This document shows positions 12,886-31,045 of a DNA stretch of 64,000 nt, in pieces. The translations under genes were made by a program, and so were the position numbers. Location of the stretch: contig CM102285.1 of NCBI GenBank assembly GCA_046563655.1, positions 11,966,001 to 12,030,000 on the forward strand, given 5' to 3'. Under the pieces are notes generated by a model that did no database searches, was not told the DNA's origin, and worked only from the letters and a program-made list of their open reading frames with translations. The DNA comes from Yuukianura sp. NJ FZ-2021. Taxonomy: Eukaryota. Every line of letters begins with the position of its first letter. Positions within the stretch are counted from its first letter, which is position 1.

Positions 12886-13176
12886 CACCTCAACCTGTTC
12901 TCACGTTACAATGAATGTAAATCACTACTGGAATGTCTTACATCTAACAGTTAATGCCTTTCCTCTTCCGATCCGAGAGATCAATTAATCTTTGACTAAT
13001 GTTTTATGGTTTACGTCCAACACTAACAGGACCACTGAGCACTCGCTTTCTCCTAATAAAATAATAAAAGATTAGGAAGAAGCTTAAAAGGAAAGCATTA
13101 AATATTGATGACTCAAGGAACAACGAGGACGACGAACACGACGAAGAGCTGAAGCAACATTTTTAGAATCTTCGCC

Positions 13177-19123
<5,947 letters not shown>

Positions 19124-19952
19124 CCTGATTCCTTAGTCGTCTCTCGTCTGTGTATTCAATGCTTAGTGTATATCAGTGATCAATCAAGAGCGATCGTTGT
19201 TTCAATCCAAACCAATCTGAACGTTCTACTAAACAAAAACAAAACAAAAACAAAACAAAATCAATTCCCTAATCTCTCTCCCTGTCCCTACACTTCCTTT
19301 TACACAAATTAACTTGTGAATCTTACGATCAAATCGGTAATTCCAAAATATCGGGTCGTGGACATTCCGTATAATCGGTGTTCCATTTTCTCCATGAGAT
19401 GTAGGTGATCAATAAATAATAAACACTACTAAAAGTAATCAAAAAGTTAAGTTCGCCAGTCTAATAAACCAAACTGTTAAATCAAATGAATTTACCAAAG
19501 TGGACAGCTGATTTCTGTTTATGAGCCACTACCCTCTTTCGTCTTCAGCCTATTTCCTTTTGCTTTAGTTTGAAGCCGTATAAAATAAATAATTCCTCAA
19601 CCCTTCTTTTCCACTTTTTTTCCCGAAACAAATCAAACTTTGCCTATCTCGAGCAATGTAAACTTTCGCATCTCTTGCAATGCAAACTTTCGAATCTCTC
19701 CCAATGCAAACCCTGAAAAAGTACCGAGAAAATAGAAAATCTTTCTAAACGGATCTCCGCTAAAAGACCCGCAATTAATTTTTAACTGACGTTTGACTCG
19801 TTGCAATGATAATTTACATTTCTCATCAAAGTTCTAGTAGAAAAATTCATGTCTTACTCTTTATGCTAAAGAAGTGAATTACATTTGGACTGCTGGCCGA
19901 AGGATCGTCACGACACTCCAAATTAATAACAATTTAGCTCCAAATTAATTAA

Positions 19953-22900
19953 TTAGAATCTCTGTGTGAAGTGACCACCTAGTTTTGGAACATATTTGAA
20001 CGGACGACGAAATGCTTTTCCTTTTACCCGACTTTCGAACAATTTCTCTCGAGCAAATTCTGACGGACCAACAGAGTCATCATCCGACATTGTTTCCAGA
20101 GAAATGTCGACGCAGAAGAGGAGCCGTTGTAGCTGGAGAGTCAAAATGATTGGAGCCGAAGTCGAAAACTCCTTCACGCAGAAAACATTAAGTTCACGTT
20201 CCACTTCCTGATAATCCGAGAAACCAAAACCGAACGTAAAATTCAAAGTTCAAAATACCAAAAGACGAAAAATGACACTGTTCAATGAAAATATTTTTCG
20301 GACTTACTCTAAAAACGGAAGGATTGACTCGATTTTTGCCTATTCCAGAATCGTCCAATTGAACAGAAAATATTGGCGGCTCATCCGGGTAATTCAAGGT
20401 CAGCGCAACGGTGGCGATCACTCGAGCTGATAAATAGCATTCAAGTTTCAATTACTTAAATGAACTAGAAAGGAACGACTCCAGAGAATTCATGACGCTA
20501 ATCCAAAGGTTTTTACCTCTCCCCCTTTCAATAACTGCTTTAAAAAATATGTAGTCCCTGGTCACCAACTCCACTGCTACTGGGTATTGTGTCGCTGGGA
20601 ATGTTTTGTATGTGTCCCAGTCAATTGCTTCCCATGAAACAAAGATCGAGGAATTCTTCGCTGGAAAGAATGTCTGCAAATCCGCAGGGACTTCCAAAGT
20701 TCTGGTCGCTGACAACATACAATTTTCAATTAATCGATTAAACCCGCGTTATTACCAAGCAATTTTTGGGGTTTCGAAAGTTTTTGAGTTTTGCTGTTTC
20801 TTCGTACCTAAGTTTCGGAGCTGACTCCAAAGCAGCGATTGGCATTTGAGGCGTTTGCAAATCCTCTTGAAGGTGTCGTCAATTTTGTTCAAGCTTACTT
20901 TCCTGTTCGGTTTTGTATCGACTTCTGGAAGGAAGTCGTACTCCTGAGAGCTAATACGCTGAAAGAAGTTTTAAGCTTAAGACAAAATACATACATTTCA
21001 GAAACAAATTAGAAATTAATCATGAATACTTGGCTTACCCCTCTGTCTTCGCCGTTAATTTCATCTTCAATGTGGAATTCTACCCCTGACAACTCTTGTG
21101 CCCATCGATAAGGACGGCCAACCTTGGGAATAAGTTCTGAAAAACTGTCAAATCCGGAAATTCGGAGATAAAAGAATGTAGATGGATTCGGACTCTCAGC
21201 GCCGTCATCGTTTTTGTATAAGTTTTCTAAAATTCGGCTGCTCCTCTCCACCAAGAGACTGAAATCAAATCACAACACGATTACAAGACAACGAAAACTG
21301 TAGAATCTAATCTACAGTGTAGATCAAAACAAGGATGTTAGTGAACTCACTCTTTCATGTTTCCAAAAACACCTCCAAGGTCTAACTGTGTTTGAACAGT
21401 CACAATCCGAAGTTTGGTCAAATAACGGAAATATAGCTTCAGCGTTTCACCGCCTGAAATTCAATTCAACGCAAGGAATTTTAGCACAACTGCTGTCAAT
21501 TGAATCTGAAATACTAAGCTTGTGAAACATACTTTCCCCTTGAATGGTCCATTCGACATAAAGAGGATGAGTTTCAACAATTTTCTTTGCATGATCTTGC
21601 CGTTCCTCGGCAAATGAAGTATGTCTTCTAAGGTTTCGTCGACCAGAAGACTGAAAAGAAGAAAAACAAAGCTAGTTCCAAAGCTAAAAGCATAAACTAA
21701 TGAATAGAAAAGGTTTTTCATACTTCAGGTTCAGGTTCAACAGTTTCATCCACTTCCATATCTGAATCTGATCGTCCAGCTGGTTCCTCTCCAGGCGACT
21801 GAACCATTTCTTTTGCTTCGTCAACATCGCCAAGAATATTGATTGAGAAAGAAGAGGTTTCTATAAAAAAATAAAATAAAATAGTAAGAATCAACTTAAT
21901 CTCTTAGTCAAAGTATCGGTGCTTAACATACTAAAAAAGTACTACTATAGTACTTTAGTACTTTCGGTAGAAATGTTACAAGTAAGTACCTAGAAAATCG
22001 CAGTATCCCAGCGATGAAACAAAGAGAACGTAGAGTGGCGGAGGGAGGAATTTGGAAGTCTTTTGCATGTTCCTCTTTGCATTGAATCCGGGATTGTAAA
22101 ACTCCTGTGCTGGTTCGAGCGCTGCTAGAATATTGTTTAGTATTGGCTTCACAGCCTCCATCTTCTTTTTGTATCCCTCAATCTCTTCGGACATCGTTTC
22201 AGTTTTCTTGAGCAAGTCATTACATTCCTGAGTAACTTGCTGCCTTTGAATGAATTCGTATTCCAATCTTGCAATACGAAGCAAGTGAGGATCATTCTGG
22301 GTGATATGCTGAAAAGAAACATCAACGAAATATAACATCTATGAAATGTCAACGGACTTTCCATAAGTTACAACTTCGGACATACTGGCTTGGAAATTTT
22401 CTCCGGGGCCTCCTTGTAAAATTGATCAAGCGGGATTAGATCAATCTGTTCATCCATTGATCTGAAACATTCATCATCATTTAGAGATCGTTTCAAGTCA
22501 AATCATTTAAATTCAACCAGTTTAAGTAAAGTGTAATCTTACTTGTAATCCTTGACAGCAGCGACTTGCTTCTTTAGATGAATTGCCTCGTAAATTAAAT
22601 TCTGCAGTCCCAAGTGACTCTTATCCACATTTTGTCTATACTCAATTGTCTCTTCTTTGGCCTGTTTGAGTCGTAATTTCAAAAAACGACTGATGCGTCT
22701 AGCAGATGTCGAAACGGCAGTTACTTCAGTTTCGATGGCCAGAATTTCTTCGCTAGCCACCAATTCCGACAACTTGTCACAAAATTACAAAACTTAACTT
22801 GTAATTAGTTTTCTTAGGAAAATATTGTGTCACGATAAACTTACCTTACTAGCAGATTGGGCGTTTCTTCTAGCTTCGTAAACGGCGATAACGATGTCAC

Positions 22901-23429
22901 GAAGTTCTCCGTAGCTTTGCAGGAGAGCCGAAACGTATTCATCTGGATCCATTGCACGAGCTTCATCCTCTTCATACTTGTTCACAGCCTGTAAAATAAA
23001 GCATACAATTTTACTAAACAGATCCAACGATTTAATACTTGAAAACAGAAACGAAACAGTTACCGCATATAGCTCGAACTTGTCCATCGTACAAGATTCT
23101 TCTTTCTCCGGAAATTCTAACGACGTTTTCTCCTTAGGTGACTGAATATCCCCTGATGAATGCTTGTGACCACTTCCAGAACCTGATACAGGAGGTGGCT
23201 TAAGTCTTGGCTTTCTCAAAGCAGGTTCTCTTTCCGCTGAACGTTCTCGGTCTGAACTTGAACTGTGTCTGTTAGATTTAGTTGTCCCAGAAATACTAGG
23301 CGTATCTCTTTGGCCAGGTTGGTTTCTTTTCGATGAAGATGATGAAGTGGAATGATTTCTCTCCTTTGAATAACCTCTTCCAGACTCTTTATCCCTGGAT
23401 CTGGGCGATAAGTCCCTTCCACGGGGCAT
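19953..23429 (-). CDS. THOC5: THO complex subunit 5 (FMIP-like), multi-exon, with Ser/Arg-rich N-terminal extension
   Basis: VDKSHLGLQNLIYEAIHLKKQ, DPHLLRIARLEYE, FLPPPLYVLF, DDGAESPNP, GRPYRWAQELSG, YPDEPPIF, RVKGKAFRRPF; C-terminal FTQRF. Confidence 0.88.
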
Positions 23430-24174
23430 TCTTTTTATAAATCTACACAAAAACCATCAAACAAGCCTGTTTTACAATTTGTATTTCTTATATACTAAGT
23501 TTATAAATCGTAAACGAGAGAAACAGGATAAGATTTTAGGGTAAACGATAAAAGTTTGTGACTTGCAAAAGACTTACCGTCCCGCACCAGAACCTATTGA
23601 GGTCAAACTGTAACGTGCTTAACAATAAATTACAACAATAATTATAAATAATTCACTACTTATGTAAAAATTAATTAAAAGTTGAGGACTGTGAAACGTG
23701 AAAGTGAAACTGAATCGAAATCTGCATCCGGTTTTCTCGAGTGCGAAAAAAAAAAGTTTAAAAAACAACAAATTATAAAAAGATTTTCGCGCCTTTATTT
23801 CTTTGGCCGTTCAAAAGCGTTTGTCTGTCTTATAGCCACGAAACGAAAGCGGAACTTACTAATTGAAAAGTTTTGATTCTAATTTGTTAATGATGACCAA
23901 TTATGAAATAATACTTCTATTGACGATTATTGGTATTACCTCAGTAGTGGCGATAGAGTTACCAGACCAATTTAATTCCAACAGGAAAAGCTAGGTACTT
24001 ATGTTTGTCAATAATAAATATCATGTTCAAAAAGACATGAAAAGGCCGTGCTGCAAAATTTATTCCCTAAATCGTTCTGAAAATTAAAAAACGACACCAA
24101 AAACTCAAAATTTGGACGTGGTAGTATTCGATGTGCTTCTAAATTAAACAAAAGCAGTTTGCGATGAGGTTAAG

Positions 24175-27100
24175 ATGAGCGGTAAAAATTCAGGCCAGAA
24201 TGGGTCATCGTCAACAGCTTCAGGAGGTACACTTAAAGCTTCACCAAACAACAATTTGTCCACCAATTAATCAACGTCACAATTATAAAAACAAATTTTA
24301 CAGGTCAAGCAAGCATTGTTGTAAGGAATCGAGCCCAAGCCCCTGCCAATCTCCAAGGTCAAGGACGCGGAGGTAGCATAAAACTAATTTTTAAGTATTC
24401 GAAAGTTGAAAACTAAAAGCTATAATTTTGCGTAGGTACTGGACAGGGCCAAGGCCACGGTCCATTTCGACAAACAGCCACCAATTCGTATATGGCAGTG
24501 GACGACATTCCACGCAAAGGTCAACCCACCGGAATGTTTCCTCAAGGTTTTTGTCCACCGCCGTGTCCCATGCCAATGTGCTGCCCTCCTCCATTTTGCT
24601 GTCCTCAACCATGCATGCCACGACCACCGATGTGTCCATTTCCATGCAATCCTTGGTGTGCACCTCAACCCTGCTGTCCACCATGTTTTCAGCCACCATT
24701 TCCATGCTGTCCACCACAAATGCCTTGTTGTCCACAACCTGTTTGCTGTCCACAGCCTAGTATATGCTGTCCTTGTCCTCCAACGGTGACGACCAAAAAA
24801 TGCTGCTGCATCGGCAACAAAAGAATCGTTTGCATTCCAAGAAGCAAAATGATTTGCAGCACTGGCGGCGGACAGTGTGATACTTCTGAGAAACCAGCTA
24901 GCTACAACAATTGCAACTTCTATGTCACCGAATGCCCTCCACAACAAGGTTCTGATGGTGACATTCTAATTTTAAGCCTCGCTCCAATAACAAATGTCAC
25001 CCTAATTTTTTTTGCACAGAACAACAATGTACTTGTACCGGATATGATCAGAATGCCGGAGAATTAGGAAACTCTGCTGCCGGAGACGACCGGGCTTTTC
25101 CGCCGCCTCGTCGGTAATTTCTTCTGCACAATTTTTAGCCAATACTTCCAAAGACTTGGTTCTTGTGGTCATTTTCTGTGGTCATTTTCAGTCAAGAACA
25201 ACCGAATGATCGTTATCCAGCCTTCCAAGGAGAACCAAAGCCCAAACCGGCACGAAGTAAAGCAGGCGTCGTCAGAGCTTCGTCAAACGTTGAGATCAAT
25301 ATCGACGAAACCGGACATGCATCCACTCAGACCCAAAATTCTAGCAACAAGCGCTCAGGTCCAGGCAGTAACAACAGAAATCCAGCATCGTACGGTCCAG
25401 GCAGTAACAACAGAAATCCAGACTCGTTTGGTCCAGGCAGTAACAGCAGAAATCCGGAATCATACGGTCAAGGCAGTCCCAACAGAAATCCAGATTCGTA
25501 CGGTCCAGGCAGTAACAACAGAGATCAAGAATCCTACGGTCCAGGCAGTAACAACAGAAGTCCAGAATCTTACGGTCCAGGCAGCAGCAACATGAACACA
25601 GCATTGTCCGGTCCAGGCAAAAGCAACTTGAAGACAGCATCGTCTGGTCCAGGAAGCAACAACACGGGAGTACCGTTCGGTACAAACAGTATTCGTTCCA
25701 CTACTCCCGGAACGGCACCAGTAAGTGAAGCAGAGTCATTGTCACGGATGGCCACAACTAGGTCAATAAGACCAAATTATAGCGGGACGACTGGCTATGC
25801 CGAACAATCCGAAATTCCAGAAGAATCGGACGAAGGAAGAGCAGTTATTGCCGAATCAAACATAACTATTACAATCAACAGAGGAAATTCAGGAACAAAT
25901 ATACGTCAGAATACAACAGGAACAGACTCGACTGGTCCTGGACCTCAAAATGGAAGCGGGAGAGACAACGACCCCGATAGTTCCACTGTTCCTGACTCCA
26001 GCAACAACACGCGTGACACTCCATCTGAATCCAAAACCAAGCGTCCTGGTGGAAGTCGAAATCGCCGCCCCTCTCGTGACAAAGACAAAACGGACAACGA
26101 CCAATCAGATCAGCCCGATCGGAAAAAACGCGGTGGTAGAAAATCGTTTTCCGATCCAGAAACGACCACGAAACGTCGGAAACACAAGAAGAGAGGCAGC
26201 GGCAGTAAGAAAAATAAGAAGAAACGGAGGCGGTCCAGGTCGGCTCCTGAAATTAACAAGAAAAAGAAACAGCCTGGCTTTGGAACTGGACGGGACACTA
26301 TGGTTACCGGTCTATTTTGCGGGAGACCATTAAGGTCTTATGGACAAGATTGTTCTCCTTGTACATACAGAGACCCGTGTGACTACGGTTACCGTCCGAA
26401 TGACAGTTGCTATCGTGATACTTGCAGCTACAATTCCCCTGCTTGTGGAACTCCTTGCTACGCAAATTACGACGTTTGCACTACAGCAATTGGCGGGGTC
26501 AAATGGCCACCGAATTCCAAACTCAGAGGTCAGCCTGCTCTCAAAATTTCATTTCAAAATTGAGACTTTCAATGTTCAGAAAAAAATTGACATTTTTCTT
26601 AGGATTGTCACAAGATAGTCAGCAGGGTTCACCAGGAGTGTCATTGACCTTTCGCCGGGACAATTTTCTCGAGAGGTCACCAAGTTCAACTTCACGGGAA
26701 CGCTGGAAACGAGGTCCCAGTGGTCTTCCGATGCCGAGTCCTTCAGACCTTAGCGTCTACGAACCGAACACATCACAGCTCGAAAGTTCAAATCATGGTC
26801 ACCGTGACCGTTTCAGACACATTGAGTCCACCAGAAGTCCAGACTCTAGAATCATTATAAACCGAGACGACCTACAGCCAAGACCGTTCCGTCTCCATCA
26901 TCTTCTTGACCTCAACATGAACAGATCATCAGAATCAAGTTCAAAGCGAAGCCCTAAGGTCACTTCGACTGTCAGTCTACTTGACATTTCTCCAAAGCAA
27001 AACTCCAGACCGGAAGTCATAGTCTCCAGAGACTCCAAGTCACTCACGGCACTTGATACTTCAGTGATTCCACCACCAGCGGTGTTCGCTAGCCCTGTTC

Positions 27101-28427
27101 CGGCCACGGCGCCGGCTCAATCTGGTCCACAAGACCAGCCAGGACCGTCCAGGACAGAAGACACCAAGAAGTTTTGGTTAGCTGGCAACACAGACATGAC
27201 GATTCTGCCTGTTCATTGCCTGGAAGATTTCCAGAAAACATGTTGGACGCAGTGTACCAAGGAAATCTTCCAGCAGAAGCAGGTCAATGTCCTCAACTTG
27301 TGTCCTCCACGTCCATGTCCACCCAAGGTTAGTTAAAAGTGGCAATTCAGGACTAAATTTTTTTTTGAAATTCTGAACTTTTGAACTGATTCCGCTTATT
27401 TTAGCATGTAAAAAAGTACTGCCCACCTCGCCTTACTGTGCGACTGCGCAGGATGAAAGAGATGCAACAACGGAACCAATGTTGCGAGTGTTTTTGCCGG
27501 ACTCACAATCAACTTCCTACTTCCACAAAACCAACGAAGAACCGCGACGCTCAAGCGTCTAATTCCATGCATAGTTGTGACGCTCAAGCGTGCAAGTCAA
27601 CGCATAGCTGCAACGTGCAAGCATGCAAGTCAACCAAAAGTTGTAACGTTCAAGCTGGCGCGACATGTCGTGACAATCACTGCGGGCCAAGCCCATCCGC
27701 CAGCCGAACAGTCGCCTGCCAGAAGTCGAATACCGGAATACCGTCTTCAAATACGAGAATACCGTCTCCGAAAGCCCGGAAAAACTTGCCATATGGCCAA
27801 GCCAACTCATCTAAGACCAACATCAAGCGACCGTACTCTCCAGGAGAAGTCTTCAGTTCAGACTATTCGACAGACACTGGATTCACCAACAATTCTGCAC
27901 GGTCTCCCGTTCCAAAACCGCGGCGGGGAAAAGCACCGATGATACACTGTGATGATGATGACCCATGCTCTTTTTCTTGTGAAGATCCCTACTCTCCCAC
28001 GACGATACTTCCACCTTTGGGCAGCAGTCGACGCTCCGCCAATACTTGTTTTCCACCTCCAGTTGATTGTTCTGCGTTCCTCGGTCGTGGACCTACGTGT
28101 GACTATATGGCCGGTAGAAATGCAGATCCTTGTCCTGCACCACGTTCCTATACAGTTCATACTGATTTGGGCCAAGGTTGTACTGGATCGTCGCGCCCGC
28201 CTACTCCTTCCCAATATGGTGCAGATTGCTATAGGACAACCCAATGCTTTTATGTCCAAGGTCAACAAATTTCTTTTCCGGTGGGATTACACAAGAGTGA
28301 CTTGGTGCTGCCACAACTTCCAAGTCCAAGGACCAAACCACGCACAATCATGGATTGCTGGGGAAAGCCGAATCAGTATCTCAGTAAAAGCGAGGGATCA
28401 AGCAGAACTTTTTTTCCGCCAATCTGA
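24175..28427 (+). CDS. Orphan low-complexity Cys/Pro-rich protein, ~1270 aa, 7 exons (24175-24226, 24304-24372, 24436-24948, 25020-25113, 25192-26528, 26603-27327, 27405-28427)
   Basis: All six introns are GT-AG and keep the frame. Summed exon length is 3813 nt (1271 codons), joining four separate ORF-track entries. No recognisable domain. Confidence 0.65.
25355..25665 (+). repeat. Coding 36-bp tandem repeat, ~9 copies of (Y/S)GPGSNNRNPES
   Basis: GGTCCAGGCAGTAACAACAGAAATCCAG recurs with a 36-nt period. Confidence 0.9.
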
Positions 28428-29024
28428 CCTTTGCCACAAACGTTATTCAAAATTCTGGCTTTTGGACAAAGTTTTATGAGGAACGCTAAATTTTCTTAAA
28501 TTTCAAATTAAAAGTTCAGAAAAAAAGCGATTTTTGAAGTCCAACAACTCTTTGAAGTCGAACGTCTTATGATCATGGGAGATTTCAGGGAGCTGTTGAA
28601 ATTGCTGAAATACGTGATAGAGCTTTGAAAAAGTTTCGTACGGCAGTTTTTCTTAATGAAAGTTTTTTAACTTTTAGCTTGTTAGTAGGATTCGTACAAC
28701 CGGAAGTTTTTTAACAAGAAAGAATTTGGCACATTGTCATCAGTGTATCATTTGTTAGTGATTAAGCGTCTCACCACAGATTAGATTAGGAGAATAGCAG
28801 CGATAATGTTTTTTTGTGAGTCCTTGTGTCCAAATTGGCATTTCGTAGCTACAGTTGCAAAAATTGAGGACACCCGGATTGATAAACTTTAGTTTCAGGG
28901 CGTGTTTCTGCCCTGCGCTTTCCTTTTGCTTATGTGACTAACTTTTTCCGGTTTTTGAAAAATCACAGTTCGAAACAAGCCGTGAATTTCTGATTTCCTG
29001 AACAATTCTGAGTAAAATCGGAAA

Positions 29025-29815
29025 ATGGCTGGAAATTTTCAGTATGCTGGAAGTGGAACAGGGTTGATGAAGATCGCCAACATCGTAAGTAAATTTATTT
29101 CATAATTTGCACAAAAATTTAGATATTTTGGCAAAATTTAAAAAAAAACGCATTTTGGGGAATTTTTGTCAGATTTTTGGACTAATTTCTCTTGGATGCA
29201 TCGCTGCTACGTTTGATCCTTATGAAATTGTTGAAACGTATTTCTTCGGAGCAGTTACTGCGTGTTTCCTTGTTTCACTGATTTATTTACTCGTGCACCT
29301 CAGTTCACTCAGCATTGCTCAGAATTTCATCAACCAAGGCGTTGTAAGTACATTTTCAAAGTTTTCGAAATTACGAAACAGGCAATTTCCAAAATTTTGA
29401 AAATTCTCACTTTGCGTTTTATGAATTCAAAATTTCAGGATATGGCGTACCATTTCCTTGGAGCAGCAATGCTTATTGTCGGAGCAAGTCTATTTCTGCA
29501 GTTGATTGTGACATTTAACCAAAAGTACTGCGACAATATTCCTGTTGATCCAAATCCAGCTATCTGTGGATCCAAGTACCACACGAAGATCAGCGCTGGA
29601 GTAAATGAACAAAATTCATAGTTTTTCATAAATCAGAAAATATTTTTCCTAAAATTTTGGGATTTTTTTAAAAATAGGCTTTTGGACTGATCAGCGGAGT
29701 TTTCTACTTGATCACAGTGGGCCTTGTGGGTTATGATTTTGCTTATGGAGCTGATGAAGATGAGGAACCACCAGTAGGATACCGAAGACCTGTGGCACAA
29801 CAGACCAACAAATGA
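29025..29815 (+). CDS. Small 4-TM MARVEL-like membrane protein, paralog A (4 exons)
   Basis: MAGNFQY..GLMKIANI | IFGLISLGCI..FLVSLIYLLVH | DMAYHFLGAAMLIVGA..KISAG | AFGLISGVFYL. Four hydrophobic segments; phase-0 introns. Confidence 0.7.
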
Positions 29816-31045
29816 TTAATATGACTCAGTTTTAAATCAAACACTTCTTCCTTAATGTTAATTAGTCACACCTTCAACACAGTTTAAATAGCAGTTTAAA
29901 TTCTACCGGAAAGCAACAAACAGTGCTGATTCTAACTCTCAATTTCATACTACAAACGTAGTCTACAATCGAAGTAGGTCGATAAGATAAACCTGTCAGT
30001 GTAGTGTATGAAAAATAAGCTTAACTAAAAATGTTAAAACTCACAAAAACAAAATTTCTAATTATGAATTTTCGAAAACCAACTTCAATTACTTTTTACA
30101 CTAGCTACAGTTAATTACTATATTTATTTGCAATAAAGTACAAAATTTTGCAACTGCGGATTTATTTGTTTTGATAAATCATTAATAACTAATCAATAAT
30201 TCACTAACCCCTCTGTTTCAAAGTCAATTCAACGTCCAAGAATGAAATTTAACTTCACCCTTTAGTTAACAATAACGGCGATTTTAAAATTCTAAATGAT
30301 TCCTCATAAAAACGGATGCTCAGGCGCGAAGAGTTTGATTTTTCTATCAGTCTTCGTTTCATAGATATAAATTTTCCAAATTTGAAATTTCAAAATTTTG
30401 AAAATTTGTACCATTGGAACGGATAGCGCTGCACCGATCATCTTCTAGAACATCAATAAATATGAAGCATCTTTTAAAATTCTTAAAACCCCAGATATGA
30501 AAGTAAAATTTTTGCCAAAAAAAAATCCCTGGATTGTATTTTTTCCAAAACTTGATCAAAATTTTAGGCTACTTTTTTAATTTTTTTGAAAAATACTGCA
30601 TATATTTGCGATTTACGAGAGGTTACCTCTACCTCTCTGTCGCTTCACGTTGTCGAGTTTTGAATCTTCACAGTTTGTAAAAACTAAAACATTTGGAAGT
30701 TTTCCTTTGCTGCATCCCCACGCCGCACGAAAAATATTTTTATTTTTTCTTACCAAATTTTGCTGTAATCCTACAGAAATATTTTTAAAATTTTCATTTG
30801 GCGTCTATCTGTAGCAACACAAATTTCATCATTTCGGAAACATTGAAAACTCGTGTCTCGGGAACTCGTGAATGGAAATCGGGCATAGTAACTTTCAGTT
30901 TTCAGAAACCCGGGTTTCTCTCTGAACTTCCAGAAAATCTCCGAAAGCTCAGCAATTATGGAATTTGTGTTGTATGCAAGGTCGTTTAATTTCTGTGTTG
31001 TCGAATCTAATTATGATGACAGTATTTTTATTGTGTTTTGGTGAA

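Noticed and set aside
24391..25685. Antisense and alternative-frame ORFs over the Cys/Pro and GPGS repeats
   Set aside because: Shadow ORFs of repetitive coding sequence.
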